Shown piece by piece: positions 46,936 through 57,203 of a stretch of 64,000 nt of DNA; the stretch's first letter is position 1, and every line of letters begins with the position of its first letter. The stretch is from Spirochaetia bacterium. GTDB lineage: Bacteria; Spirochaetota; Spirochaetia; UBA9216. Under the pieces are notes generated by a model. The model had not been told where the DNA came from. It worked only from the letters and a program-made list of their open reading frames with translations, and did no database searches. The stretch lies in NCBI GenBank assembly GCA_963675665.1, contig OY776510.1, positions 139,840-203,839 on the forward strand, read 5' to 3'. The position numbers and the translations under genes are program-made.

Positions 46936-49900
46936 TTAAAAGAGACCGATCCGGGCTCCGACGCTTGGAAGAAGCACTACTTCCGGGCTGACATCCGAGG
47001 AGATCAACCAAAGCTGCCCTTCCCAAAAAACCGAAATGTATTTTAAAAAACGCCTATCTTTAAAACTTATTTTGGGCAATTCAAATTGCCCGACAACTCC
47101 AGCAAGAACAACCCCCCAGCTGTCTTCCGAATCAACGGAATTACTGCTGAAATATGAAAAATTTGCGCCCAGCGCAGCTGTTGCGGACAATGCGGAAAAC
47201 TCGGGTCCGAAAAGCCAGGAAAATGGAACCTGCGCAAGGTTTGCAAGAAGCTTGGCCCCAAATACATTACCTCCAAAACGGGAGGCACGTTCATACCCCG
47301 TATCAGGATCAATCACGGTTTCTGGCGCATAACCGTACTGCATCTGAAGTTTTACGTTGTCATCCATAAAGGTCAGACCGAGCCCGGCTGTAAAATATGT
47401 AGCGCCAAGCGCCGAGGCGTCAAAGTACATGCCCTGAATAAAACTCGGCGTACTGTAATTATCCTTGTCACCATCACGAAGATTCAGCCATACGCCTGTT
47501 AATCCGCCGTCATCTGATGCGCTTCCTGATAAAAGCAAATTCCCGAACTGCCGGGAATTTTCCTCGGGGCTTAACAGATATAAATTCGGAGCTTTTGTAT
47601 CCATAACTACGCTGCATCGCGAGTATACCATGCTGTCTTCACCGGAAATTCTAACCGCCAGATTTAACTCTCCGTCGGGTACTTCTTCGCTGTATAAAGT
47701 GAATTCCCATTTCCCGTCTTTTATTCTCAATTTTCTGAAGGTTATGCCTCCGTCAAGGCTGAATTCCAGTTTGCCCGGCTGCAGTTTTTCAGGATCCTCC
47801 GGATCAGATTCAGCCTGTTCATAACCGGCGCTTCCTTCAATTGTAAAACGGTCGGTCACATACTGCTTTTCTGACAGATTGTCAAATGTTACCCACAGGC
47901 CGGTATCGGAATAATCAAGTTCGATACTTTCACTTTCAACTTCACTGCCATACTCGTCCGTCATAAGAGATAATCTGCCCCAACCTGCAGTATAATCATC
48001 ATCCTGCAGGACGTCACAGCGAAAAAATCCGGAGGAATCTACCTCAACCGTTTTAAACAGCCTGTCGTTTAATTTAAGATGTACCCTGGAAGCCTTGTCG
48101 GGCAAAAACCCCTGAACAGAAAATCTCGGCCCGACTGATTCCCCGGGCAGGGGCGCCAGAAGTTCAGGCGGCCTGATTCCCTCAGGCAACACTTCTATTA
48201 CCCTGCTTACAGTACCGGTATTATCTGCTGAATCTACAGCCTCCGCCCTGAAGCTGTAGAATCCGGGGGACAAACCATTAATATCAAGAGTCTCCCGGAT
48301 TGTCCCCCTTGAAGAAATATCTTTTACCGTTTCCATGCCGCTTTCTTTATCATCAAGGGGCGTCAGAATTGCGGTAAGGCTTTTTAAGCTGCTGTTGTCG
48401 AACACCCTTCCGCTCAGCTCAAGGCTGCCCCTGACAGCCTCGCCGTCGGAAGGTTTTGAAAAGGTTATTTCCGGAGAAGTATTGTCGGTGTTTATAAGAG
48501 TTGTAATCATGCTGCTTACCCCGGCATTATCTACAGCCCTGATAAGGATGGATGTTATTCCGTCGGACAGAAGGCTGGTATCCAGCGGATATGTCCACAG
48601 TTCAGTCCCCTCCGCCTTCTGGAAAGTGTTGCCGTTATCATGAGATATTAAAATCGCGGCAATCCCGTTTACATCGGAGGATACTCCTTCGAGTAATACG
48701 GAACCTTTTACAACCGAATCAAGATCCGGTTTGTTTATTTGTATGAAAGGGGGATCAAGAGATACGATAAATTTTCTTTCAACTTCTTCACTCTCAAGAC
48801 CGTTAAGATCAACAGCTTTGACCCTTACCGTATTAATATCATCTTGCAGTTCGGAAAGCTTCAACGGAACCGTGAAAAGGTTGCCGCTGCCGGCTTCAAG
48901 GTAAGCGCCGTCATTAAGACTGTAACTGACGGAAGCAACACCCTCCTGATCCAGTATCAAACCGGACAGCTCAAACCCTGTTTCCGTCGCACTCATTTCT
49001 TCGGGAACCTGAATGTCCACAACCGGCATACCCGCAGAAAAATCCAAATCAAGAAGAAGAGGCTGCTCAACTTTATTTCCTGCATTATCAACAGCTGAAA
49101 CAAGGACCTGCTCCGGATTAAACCCGAGAGAAGTAAGGTTGACATCAAGATAAAAAACATTTCCATCCTGTACTGCATCAAAAATAACAGGATCGGTTTC
49201 CTGTTTTATAAAGCTTATTTCTATCTTTGAACAGGAATCAATATCGTCCACTTTGCCTGATACGGTTATCTGTTCGGCCCCTTTACTGAACGACGATGTA
49301 ATAAAAGATAACGAAGGCGCTTTTGTATCCTTCAACAGCGGAATAGAAACAATTTCGGTATTACCAAAAATATCCCCGGCTTCAAGTATTACCGTAACTT
49401 CACCATCCTCTTGATGTAGTACCGAAACCTCAACCGGATCGCTGCCTGATAAATCGGTATAAGTTTTTCCCCCGTCGACAGAAAATTTCAGGAAACCGAG
49501 AGCGGTGTTATCTGAAGCTGCCGTATCAAGCAGAAAATGTTCGCCTATTATGCTGCCGGGAGACGGCTGAGTTATTTCTATAACCGGAGAAGTTCTGTCG
49601 GAAGCTATATTCATCGGTTTGGATATCAATTCTTTTCCGTTTTCAAGAGTTGCTGTCAAAATGATGTCTTCAGCTGCGCCTTCTTCGGAAGCTGTTATCC
49701 TGAACCCGTTTCCTGAAAAGGATACATCCAGAAATTCGCCGCCCGACAGATTCATACTTTTTATCCCGCCGCCGCCCGTCCATCCGCCTAAATAATCCCC
49801 TTCGCCCAATACAATATAATCGGACGCAGCAGATTCGGGATATACAAAATACAACCCTTCCGGATCAGACAGAGAGTTGTAATAAAAGGTTGTTTGCGCG

Positions 49901-51579
49901 CTGAATTTCGTTCCGGATCCGTCCTGTCCGGTAACGGAAATATCAATCCTGTCTTCACCGGCATATCTGGGAAGTTTGATATCAAAATACGCTTCGTCAG
50001 GATTATCACCGCTTTTTGGTACAAGCTTTTTTGGAGCGCTATTGTTGAAACTCCATTCCAGACCGGAAATTCCGGCGCCCCGGACAGTTCCTGCAAGTTT
50101 CGCCTGAATTTCTGAATCAATAACCATACCGGGAAACCATTTTTCATCCTGCTCGTCAATTGTCAACGAATCAAAGATGATTTCAGGAACCGGATATGCC
50201 GTTCTGATATTCCGGCGTATTGTTTCTCCGACCATGCCGAAACTGTCCACCGCACGAATTTCTATCCGGTTATCTCCGGCGACAACCTGGTCAAGCTGCA
50301 AACTCCATGGGCCTGAAACATCAACAGATTTCCAGTCCCCACCGTTAAGTGAGTACTCAATCTTTCCGGTAGAACCGTCGTCGTCTTTCATCATGCCGGT
50401 CAAAACCGGCATGATGCCGTATATCATTTCATCAACGCTATCGGACACGCCCGGGACAGGAAGGTCCGCTTCAAGATTCAGCGGGATTCGGAATTTCCCG
50501 GATATAACATTGCCGACAATATCAGTCAACAGCATATTGATCCGGGCTTCTTTCTTTTCTCCCGTTCCGTAATCGAGCGGAAGGACCCATACCGGGTTTC
50601 CCGGGCTTAACGAAATCTCGCCTGCAGTCCCGTTGTCAGCCTCGTAGCTTAGAGAAGATATTCCTACTTCATCATATGCCCGGCCTATTAGAACAATTCT
50701 GCCGTTTACAGATTTTTCAGCTTCCGGATAAATAAGCGTCAATTCCGGCGGCCGATTGTCTATATAAAAAAGAAACGACTGTTTTGAGCGTGAACCCAAA
50801 CCGTCTACTGCTTCCAGCCAGAAAACAAATGAACCGTCCTGATGCAACCGGGTGTCTATCTTCCTGGAAAATGTCCACTGCCCGTCCGTTGTCCCTTTGG
50901 AAAGTTTTATTTCATTATACGTCTTCCCGCCGTCTTCAGAGCATGATAATTTCTCAATACCGTTTAAATCTGTAACGGTTCCTTCCAGAGCTATCTTTCC
51001 TGTTACATAACTTCCGCCGGTATGGGAAATTATATCTATCACAGGTTTAACCGTATCTTTAAAAAAGGAAACACTTACAGACTCGCTCTCGTTTTGATCC
51101 TCATCCCAGGCCCTGGCTTTTATCGTATGTTCTCCATCGTCCCACGCGGAGCAGTCTATATTCATTCTCCAGAACGAAGTTCCTTCAGCAGGGCTGAATT
51201 CCCCCTCGTCCACCGCAATTTCCACGCGCTCGATTAGTTTATCATCTACGGCCGTGCCGAGAACATTAAGTGAATTTCCTGCCCGGCTCCCCCGGGAAGG
51301 CGTTGAAATTGAAACTTTGGGAATCTGAACAGAGGGATCAATATAAATATTATACGGCCCGCCCGAACCGGAGTTTCCGGCCTTATCAACTGCATGCAGC
51401 AGAATATTATACTCTCCCGGCGGAAGATCCGAAATATCAATACTGTGCTCCCAGTTATCAAGGCCCGAAACCGGTTGCGTTTCAGAATCATCAGCCTTCC
51501 CCATTGCCCACAGGCTGATTGAAAAGAATATAAATATTATTAAAAAACCCAGTCTGCTCCTGTAGTAATTAATCATCAA
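46936..51579 (-). CDS. Giant secreted surface protein with at least 7 Ig-like repeat domains and a C-terminal beta-barrel-like domain
   Basis: 1547 aa with a signal peptide (FFSISLWAMG). There are recurring modules of about 90 aa: P(P/S)x(I/L)x(I/F)xxPxxGxxVxGxxxLxGxxxD..GIxx(I/V)xxSxDxGxT(F/Y). The C-terminal roughly 250 aa alternate hydrophobic and polar residues and end ...GARIGLF. Confidence 0.6.
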   Translation of the reverse strand: MMINYYRSRLGFLIIFIFFSISLWAMGKADDSETQPVSGLDNWEHSIDISDLPPGEYNILLHAVDKAGNSGSGGPYNIYIDPSVQIPKVSISTPSRGSRAGNSLNVLGTAVDDKLIERVEIAVDEGEFSPAEGTSFWRMNIDCSAWDDGEHTIKARAWDEDQNESESVSVSFFKDTVKPVIDIISHTGGSYVTGKIALEGTVTDLNGIEKLSCSEDGGKTYNEIKLSKGTTDGQWTFSRKIDTRLHQDGSFVFWLEAVDGLGSRSKQSFLFYIDNRPPELTLIYPEAEKSVNGRIVLIGRAYDEVGISSLSYEADNGTAGEISLSPGNPVWVLPLDYGTGEKKEARINMLLTDIVGNVISGKFRIPLNLEADLPVPGVSDSVDEMIYGIMPVLTGMMKDDDGSTGKIEYSLNGGDWKSVDVSGPWSLQLDQVVAGDNRIEIRAVDSFGMVGETIRRNIRTAYPVPEIIFDSLTIDEQDEKWFPGMVIDSEIQAKLAGTVRGAGISGLEWSFNNSAPKKLVPKSGDNPDEAYFDIKLPRYAGEDRIDISVTGQDGSGTKFSAQTTFYYNSLSDPEGLYFVYPESAASDYIVLGEGDYLGGWTGGGGIKSMNLSGGEFLDVSFSGNGFRITASEEGAAEDIILTATLENGKELISKPMNIASDRTSPVIEITQPSPGSIIGEHFLLDTAASDNTALGFLKFSVDGGKTYTDLSGSDPVEVSVLHQEDGEVTVILEAGDIFGNTEIVSIPLLKDTKAPSLSFITSSFSKGAEQITVSGKVDDIDSCSKIEISFIKQETDPVIFDAVQDGNVFYLDVNLTSLGFNPEQVLVSAVDNAGNKVEQPLLLDLDFSAGMPVVDIQVPEEMSATETGFELSGLILDQEGVASVSYSLNDGAYLEAGSGNLFTVPLKLSELQDDINTVRVKAVDLNGLESEEVERKFIVSLDPPFIQINKPDLDSVVKGSVLLEGVSSDVNGIAAILISHDNGNTFQKAEGTELWTYPLDTSLLSDGITSILIRAVDNAGVSSMITTLINTDNTSPEITFSKPSDGEAVRGSLELSGRVFDNSSLKSLTAILTPLDDKESGMETVKDISSRGTIRETLDINGLSPGFYSFRAEAVDSADNTGTVSRVIEVLPEGIRPPELLAPLPGESVGPRFSVQGFLPDKASRVHLKLNDRLFKTVEVDSSGFFRCDVLQDDDYTAGWGRLSLMTDEYGSEVESESIELDYSDTGLWVTFDNLSEKQYVTDRFTIEGSAGYEQAESDPEDPEKLQPGKLEFSLDGGITFRKLRIKDGKWEFTLYSEEVPDGELNLAVRISGEDSMVYSRCSVVMDTKAPNLYLLSPEENSRQFGNLLLSGSASDDGGLTGVWLNLRDGDKDNYSTPSFIQGMYFDASALGATYFTAGLGLTFMDDNVKLQMQYGYAPETVIDPDTGYERASRFGGNVFGAKLLANLAQVPFSWLFGPEFSALSATAALGANFSYFSSNSVDSEDSWGVVLAGVVGQFELPKISFKDRRFLKYISVFWEGQLWLISSDVSPEVVLLPSVGARIGLF

Positions 51580-51591
51580 GATGTACTCCTT

Positions 51592-54500
51592 CTAATCGGT
51601 CAACTCATCAAGCAGCCTTACATACTCCAGTCCGTCGGCAGTATAGCCTACAACCGGCAGACCGGCGGAATCTACTCCCATATTAAATCTGTTTGAATCC
51701 GTATCCTGAATAAGGTTCGGAACAGTCTGAATCTCCCAGTTCCCTGTAAAAACATCAGACGTCACGCCGGGGCCTTCAGCGCCTGTATTCCAGGCCACCC
51801 TGGCGCTGTTGCCCAAACCTTTGTAAGCTATATAGGGAACTCCGGCTGAACTGACATCGATTGTAAGTTTTGAGCCTACAATCAGATAACTGTCGATAGT
51901 ATATACATCTACATCTGCGGCGGCACTGTTGTATGCCGGAATATACGCATATTTCACATCACCGTTATAACTGTCGTAATATGCAAGATGAATATGGTTG
52001 CTGCTGTCCACCTTAAGATCAATATATTCAGCATTAATAAAACTCTCTATGGTTATCGGGATCGACCAGGTACCGCTGTTGTCCGGGGTTTCATTATAGC
52101 TGAATACCAGCTGACCACTGCCGGTGGTATCCAGATAAGCCAGAACGGCTGTTGAACCGTCCGAAGTAGCCCCGACCGCTGAAAAACTTCCGGAAGAAGA
52201 TGATACATACTGTGCCCCCGGCGGCGTTGCCCCTGGCTGGGCGGATCCGGCGCTTGCGAAACGATTGTCGCCGCTATAATCCGGCCAGGCTCCTCCCCGA
52301 TCCTGCTGTTCGACATTGGTATAGAGTTCGGTGGAGCTGCCGGTATCATTCAGCATCCCTCCGGATGAATCGTCGATGGCATCTGATGTTCCGACAAGAA
52401 AATGCCTGAATATCAGCCGTTGCTCAAGATTGTCATAGACAGAATAGAAAACATCGGTAGATGCCGAATTACCGCTGACGGCAAGATCCGGGTACAGATA
52501 ACGGTTCAGCACTGCAGACGTTACAGGCACTGTTGTATCAACAAGATTCTCAAGCCATAGTCCGTTATCAATAAAATCATATGTAAAATCCGAATTACTG
52601 AGATCAGTATACGGCGGGGCTGTTGAATCATAAAAGAAATTTGTAAATATACCGCCGTAATTACCGGCATTGCTGTCTCCGAAATTACCATTAACTACGT
52701 TTACATCAACAAGGGCAGCGTGCTCTCCGTCGGTATTCAAATCAACCGCTGTAAAGGTGAAAAGGTCCCAGTTTGTCACTACATAATTATTTTCCGTATC
52801 ATCCAGGTAAAACGCCTGCCCGAAACCTTCCGAATTATTGACATATACAAAATGCGGGTCATCTCCGTCCATAACCATAGACGGGTAAACAGCATGATCA
52901 GCCGGAGTTATTGTCCGCCAAGGCCTTGTAATATTCCAGACGCTGATATACCTGTCATCAGAGAGAGCCTGATGCACATCCGAATCTTCCTTGTTATAGA
53001 CCTCATCATTATCATTTATATTATTGCCGGACGGGACACCGTCCACAATTACGGTAAGATTACCTGAACCGGCGGCATCAAGCTCAACGAGGAGTTGTTG
53101 ATCATTATCGCCCGCATCGCTATGAGCCAGAAGAGTCCCCGTCTGCGTAATACCGTCCTCATTCAGGGCATCGGGATCAACACTCAGCCGCACGGACGTC
53201 GAGCCGGCTGCGGAAGAATCGATATTCCATCCGTGAACCACAAGGGTTTCAAATGTCGACTGCGAACTTTCGGTTAATACCGGATATTTCCCTGATGCTG
53301 ATCGGGCAAAAGTATCTGAAAATGCAGACGACAGCATTGTCTCGATCTTTGAAATATAAGGCACAACATCATATGTACGGGTAACGGAGTCGGTTCTTCC
53401 GGCTGAATCGGTTACAATAAACTCAACCGTTGTTCCCAACCCGGTCGGCAGCGCGGAAGAATCCCAGTTGTAGATCCAGTTCGCCCGGTGAAGTATAACA
53501 CCGGAATCTTCAACAAACCCCGATCCGCTTTCAAGCGGTGTATTGTCGGCGGTATATTCCAGCCTGTCGTCAACCTCATCCCATTGGGCAAAGACAACAG
53601 CTGCCGTTCCATTAATACTGACGGCCAGCGATTCTATCTGTTGATTATCTTCCGCCTGCCCCGAGAAAGGGGCCGTTCCACTGATAGATATACTTCCGCC
53701 CATTTCAATGTGTCCCTCACCGGAAGTTTTTACATTAATAGCATCAGCTGAAGTTAATTCGTAAAAATCCATATCCGGGTCTGCAATATCAGTATTTTCA
53801 ACGGTAACAGTCAGAGTGAGAGTCTCTTCATACCCCTTGGGATCGGTTACGGAAAACTCAATCTCATAATCGCCGTCTCCGTCGGCAAAAACATCTGTTG
53901 ATGAAGTATCCAGGGTACCTGTTGAAGAGACTGAACCCAAATCAGTCCAGCTGCCGGCGGGAAGGGGCCGGATCCGTATACCGTATGTTTCAGCTCCGTT
54001 TGCCCCGTCATATACAATATTAAACTGATAATCAAGGTCACCGAAAACAGTGTTGTTTTCGGTGCTGTCCGTTCCGTATGTTCTGATTTCTCCCGCTTCG
54101 ATATAAGAGTCATGATCATAATCCCAGCCGGCTTCAACAGAGGTTATTTCAGGCGCATGATTCTTGATATTGCCGCCTGTTACAGTTTCCGTGAAAGAAT
54201 TCCCTGAGTTATCGAAGATCCCGTAAAGAACTTCAAGTGTTCCGTCATCAAATGATGTCGAATCAAATTTCGCCCACCATGTCCAGGTAGAACCGGAAAT
54301 TGCCATTGATTCGTTAAATCCGTCGTCGTCACCATTGCTTGAACCATCATTGCCGACTTCGGTGCGGGAATCGATAACAATCGGAGTTCGTATCCCTTTG
54401 GAATTAAGCGGGTTTACAGGGGTTCCGTCAAGTTCAAATGTAACTTCTATGCGATCAATTCCGGAAACAGTCCCGGTATCAACTGCAGTCCCCTGTACAA

Positions 54501-57021
54501 GAGCCGTTCCTGAAAGGTCGGTCACCCCGGCAGTATATGTCCCTGAAGGCAAAAGATTGTCTATATTAAGATTAATTCCCGTAAGCGTTTTGTAATCGGC
54601 GGTATCGAGAGCTTCAAGTCTTAAATAAAGTATCCCCGAACTGCCGATAATATCATCGGAATCAATTGAATGAGAAAAATAATATGTCGCTCCAAGGTTG
54701 TTTCCGATAGTAGTCCAGTCAACTCCGCCGTTATAACTTATCCTCAGTCTTTTAACTGAATCATCGTCGTTGACATATCCGGTAAGATTAAAGGTCCCTT
54801 TTTCGTAATCTCCCGACGCATGACTTAAATCGCTGAAATATGGAACTGTATCATCAAAAGTAACCTGTACGGTTTCAATATTCCCGGCGAGATCAGGCAC
54901 TCCGTCTTTCTGGTCTACTGCCCGCACATCAATTTTTACTGTTCCGTTATGATCTATACCGTTCGGATAAAATTCTCCGTCCGCATTCAGTTCAACCTGC
55001 CAGGTTCCTGTTCCGCTTATCTCATACCACGAATCGTCGCCGTATACATCATCAAGACCGAGCAATGCGTCAAGCTCAAAAAGTTCGGTAAAAACACTTC
55101 CTCCGGCAGAGTCCTCTCCTTTCCAGATTCTAAGTTCAATATGATCCAGCGCCTCGTCCAACTCGTTTTTGTCATCCCAGGCACTTCCCGAAAGCATTAC
55201 AGAACCGGCAAGAATTGCTCCATCCGATGGTGATGCAATATTTATTCCGGGACGGTCAAGACTGTTGTCTATATAAATTCGGTGTTCCGCAAGTGTAATA
55301 TTATCCGCCTTGTCTGTTGCTTCCGCCCAGATCTTCAGCTCCCAGATACCTGTGCCTGATTCAGGCAATCCCGAACCGTTCACCTCTACGGCCATACTGG
55401 TGTTCTCATAATCAGAACTGACTATACTCCGCTGCCAACTGTAAAATTCCGAAGGCGAAAGAACTTCTGCTGCCGCGGGTGCCCAGGCCAGGCCGCCTAT
55501 CTGAAGTTTTACCTGCTTAAGAGACCAGTTATCTGAAGAAACTCCCTGAAGAGTTGTTGTTCCGTTTATAAAAAGATCCGCTGCAGGCGAAAGGAATTCA
55601 ACCGAGGGAGCTGAAATATCTACAAAAACCTGCATACTGTAATGAGAGGTTTTCCCTGAATTGTCAATTGCATCAACTCTGATATCTACAGCTCCGGCTG
55701 CAGCATCTTCCACGTCATGGCTCCAGCTTATACTCTCTCCGGGAACAATGGAAACTTCTTCATATTCATTGTTATTAATGCTGATTTCAATGCTTTGAAT
55801 AGCTCCGCCTGTATCCTCGGCAGTTCCGGTAATCGTAAAATTGCCTGAAGAAAGATAAGCGCCCTGAGCCGGCGAATCAACATTTACAGACGGAGCCGTT
55901 TTATCGATTGTAAACGGGACCACTGAGGAATAGCCGGTAAGCGAAGCATCCCCCGCTGATTTGCCGGTATCTGCAGCTTTTACCTGTAAAGCATAAATTC
56001 CGTTATCAAGAGAAGAAAGATCATAACTCCAGCGGACAAAACCGCCGCTTCCGTTAAGCTGTTCTCCGCTTAGAGACTGCCAGGAACTTCCGCCGTCCGT
56101 GCTCAACTCAACCGAATCAACATCCACTTCATCATCATCTTCTATATAACCTACCGCTACCGAAGTACCGCCCATGATATTGTCTTCCGCACTTCCGCCC
56201 TCTTCAGGATTGCTGATTACGACCCTTGGTTCATCAAGACTCAGATCAACTTCAACTTCCTGCTCAGTCATCCTTAAAGGAGCCAGGTTCTGGGTTCCCA
56301 GTTTGCCGCTGAGCTCTGCAGCCGCAATGTCTTCAATCTTTGCATCAGAGGTAAAATCCGAGGAATGATAAAGCCAGCTGTTTGAATTTCCGGCCGAGTC
56401 ATAAGCTTTAATCCTTACAGAGTAGGTTCCGGTGCCGATGGTATTAAGAACAAAGCTCCATCCGTTTGTACCCTGAAAGGATGAAACTGTTGCAGAACCG
56501 GTGACTACTGTTGCTTCAAGATGATCTATACGGCTGAAAAGATAATCATATGCTTCACCCCGGATTACCGGAGAATTCGTTGAAGCGCCCGAGGTAATAC
56601 CCTCGCTGCTTGTAACCAAAACAGTAGGCGGCGTATTATCAAAATAAAGCAGAAGTCTTTTTTCGGTTTCACGTCCTGAGGAGTCGGTTATATACAGGAT
56701 TATTGTATATTCTCCGTCATCGTATAATGACGTATCCAGGGCCAGCGACCAAAGGGTTATTTCTCCCTGCAGCAGTTCTGCATCGAAAACCTCTGTTCCA
56801 AGCACCATTCGAACAGATTCAATTTTAACATCATCAGTTGAAGTTCCGTTAAGAACAATTTTTCCGCGTACGTAATCACCGTTTTCATAGGTATCAATTA
56901 CACCGGTCGGGTTTTCTATATCGGCGGCAGGGCCAAGACCCAAAATTGGATTTTTACATCCTGAAGTAAAAACTGCCGTAATTAGTAACGTTAAAACAAG
57001 TAAATATATTATTTTTTTCAT
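51592..57021 (-). CDS. Giant surface lipoprotein with multiple Ig-like repeat domains and a C-terminal beta-propeller-like repeat region
   Basis: 1809 aa with a lipobox (AVFTSGC). It repeats the same Ig-like module as the downstream gene (e.g. KTAPSVNVDSPAQGAYLSSGNFTITGTAEDTGG..., ISAPSVEFLSPAADLFINGTTTLQGVSSD...). The C-terminal blades read NHIHLAYYD / VPYIAYKGLG / LPVVGYTADG. Confidence 0.6.
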   Translation of the reverse strand: MKKIIYLLVLTLLITAVFTSGCKNPILGLGPAADIENPTGVIDTYENGDYVRGKIVLNGTSTDDVKIESVRMVLGTEVFDAELLQGEITLWSLALDTSLYDDGEYTIILYITDSSGRETEKRLLLYFDNTPPTVLVTSSEGITSGASTNSPVIRGEAYDYLFSRIDHLEATVVTGSATVSSFQGTNGWSFVLNTIGTGTYSVRIKAYDSAGNSNSWLYHSSDFTSDAKIEDIAAAELSGKLGTQNLAPLRMTEQEVEVDLSLDEPRVVISNPEEGGSAEDNIMGGTSVAVGYIEDDDEVDVDSVELSTDGGSSWQSLSGEQLNGSGGFVRWSYDLSSLDNGIYALQVKAADTGKSAGDASLTGYSSVVPFTIDKTAPSVNVDSPAQGAYLSSGNFTITGTAEDTGGAIQSIEISINNNEYEEVSIVPGESISWSHDVEDAAAGAVDIRVDAIDNSGKTSHYSMQVFVDISAPSVEFLSPAADLFINGTTTLQGVSSDNWSLKQVKLQIGGLAWAPAAAEVLSPSEFYSWQRSIVSSDYENTSMAVEVNGSGLPESGTGIWELKIWAEATDKADNITLAEHRIYIDNSLDRPGINIASPSDGAILAGSVMLSGSAWDDKNELDEALDHIELRIWKGEDSAGGSVFTELFELDALLGLDDVYGDDSWYEISGTGTWQVELNADGEFYPNGIDHNGTVKIDVRAVDQKDGVPDLAGNIETVQVTFDDTVPYFSDLSHASGDYEKGTFNLTGYVNDDDSVKRLRISYNGGVDWTTIGNNLGATYYFSHSIDSDDIIGSSGILYLRLEALDTADYKTLTGINLNIDNLLPSGTYTAGVTDLSGTALVQGTAVDTGTVSGIDRIEVTFELDGTPVNPLNSKGIRTPIVIDSRTEVGNDGSSNGDDDGFNESMAISGSTWTWWAKFDSTSFDDGTLEVLYGIFDNSGNSFTETVTGGNIKNHAPEITSVEAGWDYDHDSYIEAGEIRTYGTDSTENNTVFGDLDYQFNIVYDGANGAETYGIRIRPLPAGSWTDLGSVSSTGTLDTSSTDVFADGDGDYEIEFSVTDPKGYEETLTLTVTVENTDIADPDMDFYELTSADAINVKTSGEGHIEMGGSISISGTAPFSGQAEDNQQIESLAVSINGTAAVVFAQWDEVDDRLEYTADNTPLESGSGFVEDSGVILHRANWIYNWDSSALPTGLGTTVEFIVTDSAGRTDSVTRTYDVVPYISKIETMLSSAFSDTFARSASGKYPVLTESSQSTFETLVVHGWNIDSSAAGSTSVRLSVDPDALNEDGITQTGTLLAHSDAGDNDQQLLVELDAAGSGNLTVIVDGVPSGNNINDNDEVYNKEDSDVHQALSDDRYISVWNITRPWRTITPADHAVYPSMVMDGDDPHFVYVNNSEGFGQAFYLDDTENNYVVTNWDLFTFTAVDLNTDGEHAALVDVNVVNGNFGDSNAGNYGGIFTNFFYDSTAPPYTDLSNSDFTYDFIDNGLWLENLVDTTVPVTSAVLNRYLYPDLAVSGNSASTDVFYSVYDNLEQRLIFRHFLVGTSDAIDDSSGGMLNDTGSSTELYTNVEQQDRGGAWPDYSGDNRFASAGSAQPGATPPGAQYVSSSSGSFSAVGATSDGSTAVLAYLDTTGSGQLVFSYNETPDNSGTWSIPITIESFINAEYIDLKVDSSNHIHLAYYDSYNGDVKYAYIPAYNSAAADVDVYTIDSYLIVGSKLTIDVSSAGVPYIAYKGLGNSARVAWNTGAEGPGVTSDVFTGNWEIQTVPNLIQDTDSNRFNMGVDSAGLPVVGYTADGLEYVRLLDELTD

Positions 57022-57118
57022 AAACCAGGTTTCCTGCTTAAGATTACATATAATTTATCTCATTAAAATATAAATTCATTAATCTTTTAATTTTCGGCAT
57101 GATTTTTGTTATGGATTA

Positions 57119-57151
57119 GAAAAAAAGCCGACTTCTCAATAGCAGTCGGCT
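57119..57151 (-). terminator. Rho-independent terminator of thrS
   Basis: On the minus strand, the hairpin agccgact / agtcggct (8 bp, 10-nt loop) is followed by a 6-7 U tract (the reverse complement of the A-run at 57120..57126). It lies about 50 nt downstream of the thrS stop. Confidence 0.65.
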
Positions 57152-57203
57152 GAGTAAAAAAGAATATATTTTTGTAAAAACGAAACAATTACTTTTATCG
57201 GTT

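Noticed and set aside
52053-56368. Numerous 60-120-aa ORFs on both strands inside the giant genes (e.g. 52053..52349, 52720..53067, 54949..55233)
   Set aside because: They sit in alternative frames or antisense within continuous, repeat-structured long ORFs, which is typical of spurious ORFs.
46936-57021. Giant proteins as RHS/polymorphic toxins or RTX adhesins
   Set aside because: I could not find YD/RHS repeats, GGxGxD nonapeptide repeats, or a C-terminal toxin-like variable domain. The repeats are Ig-like.
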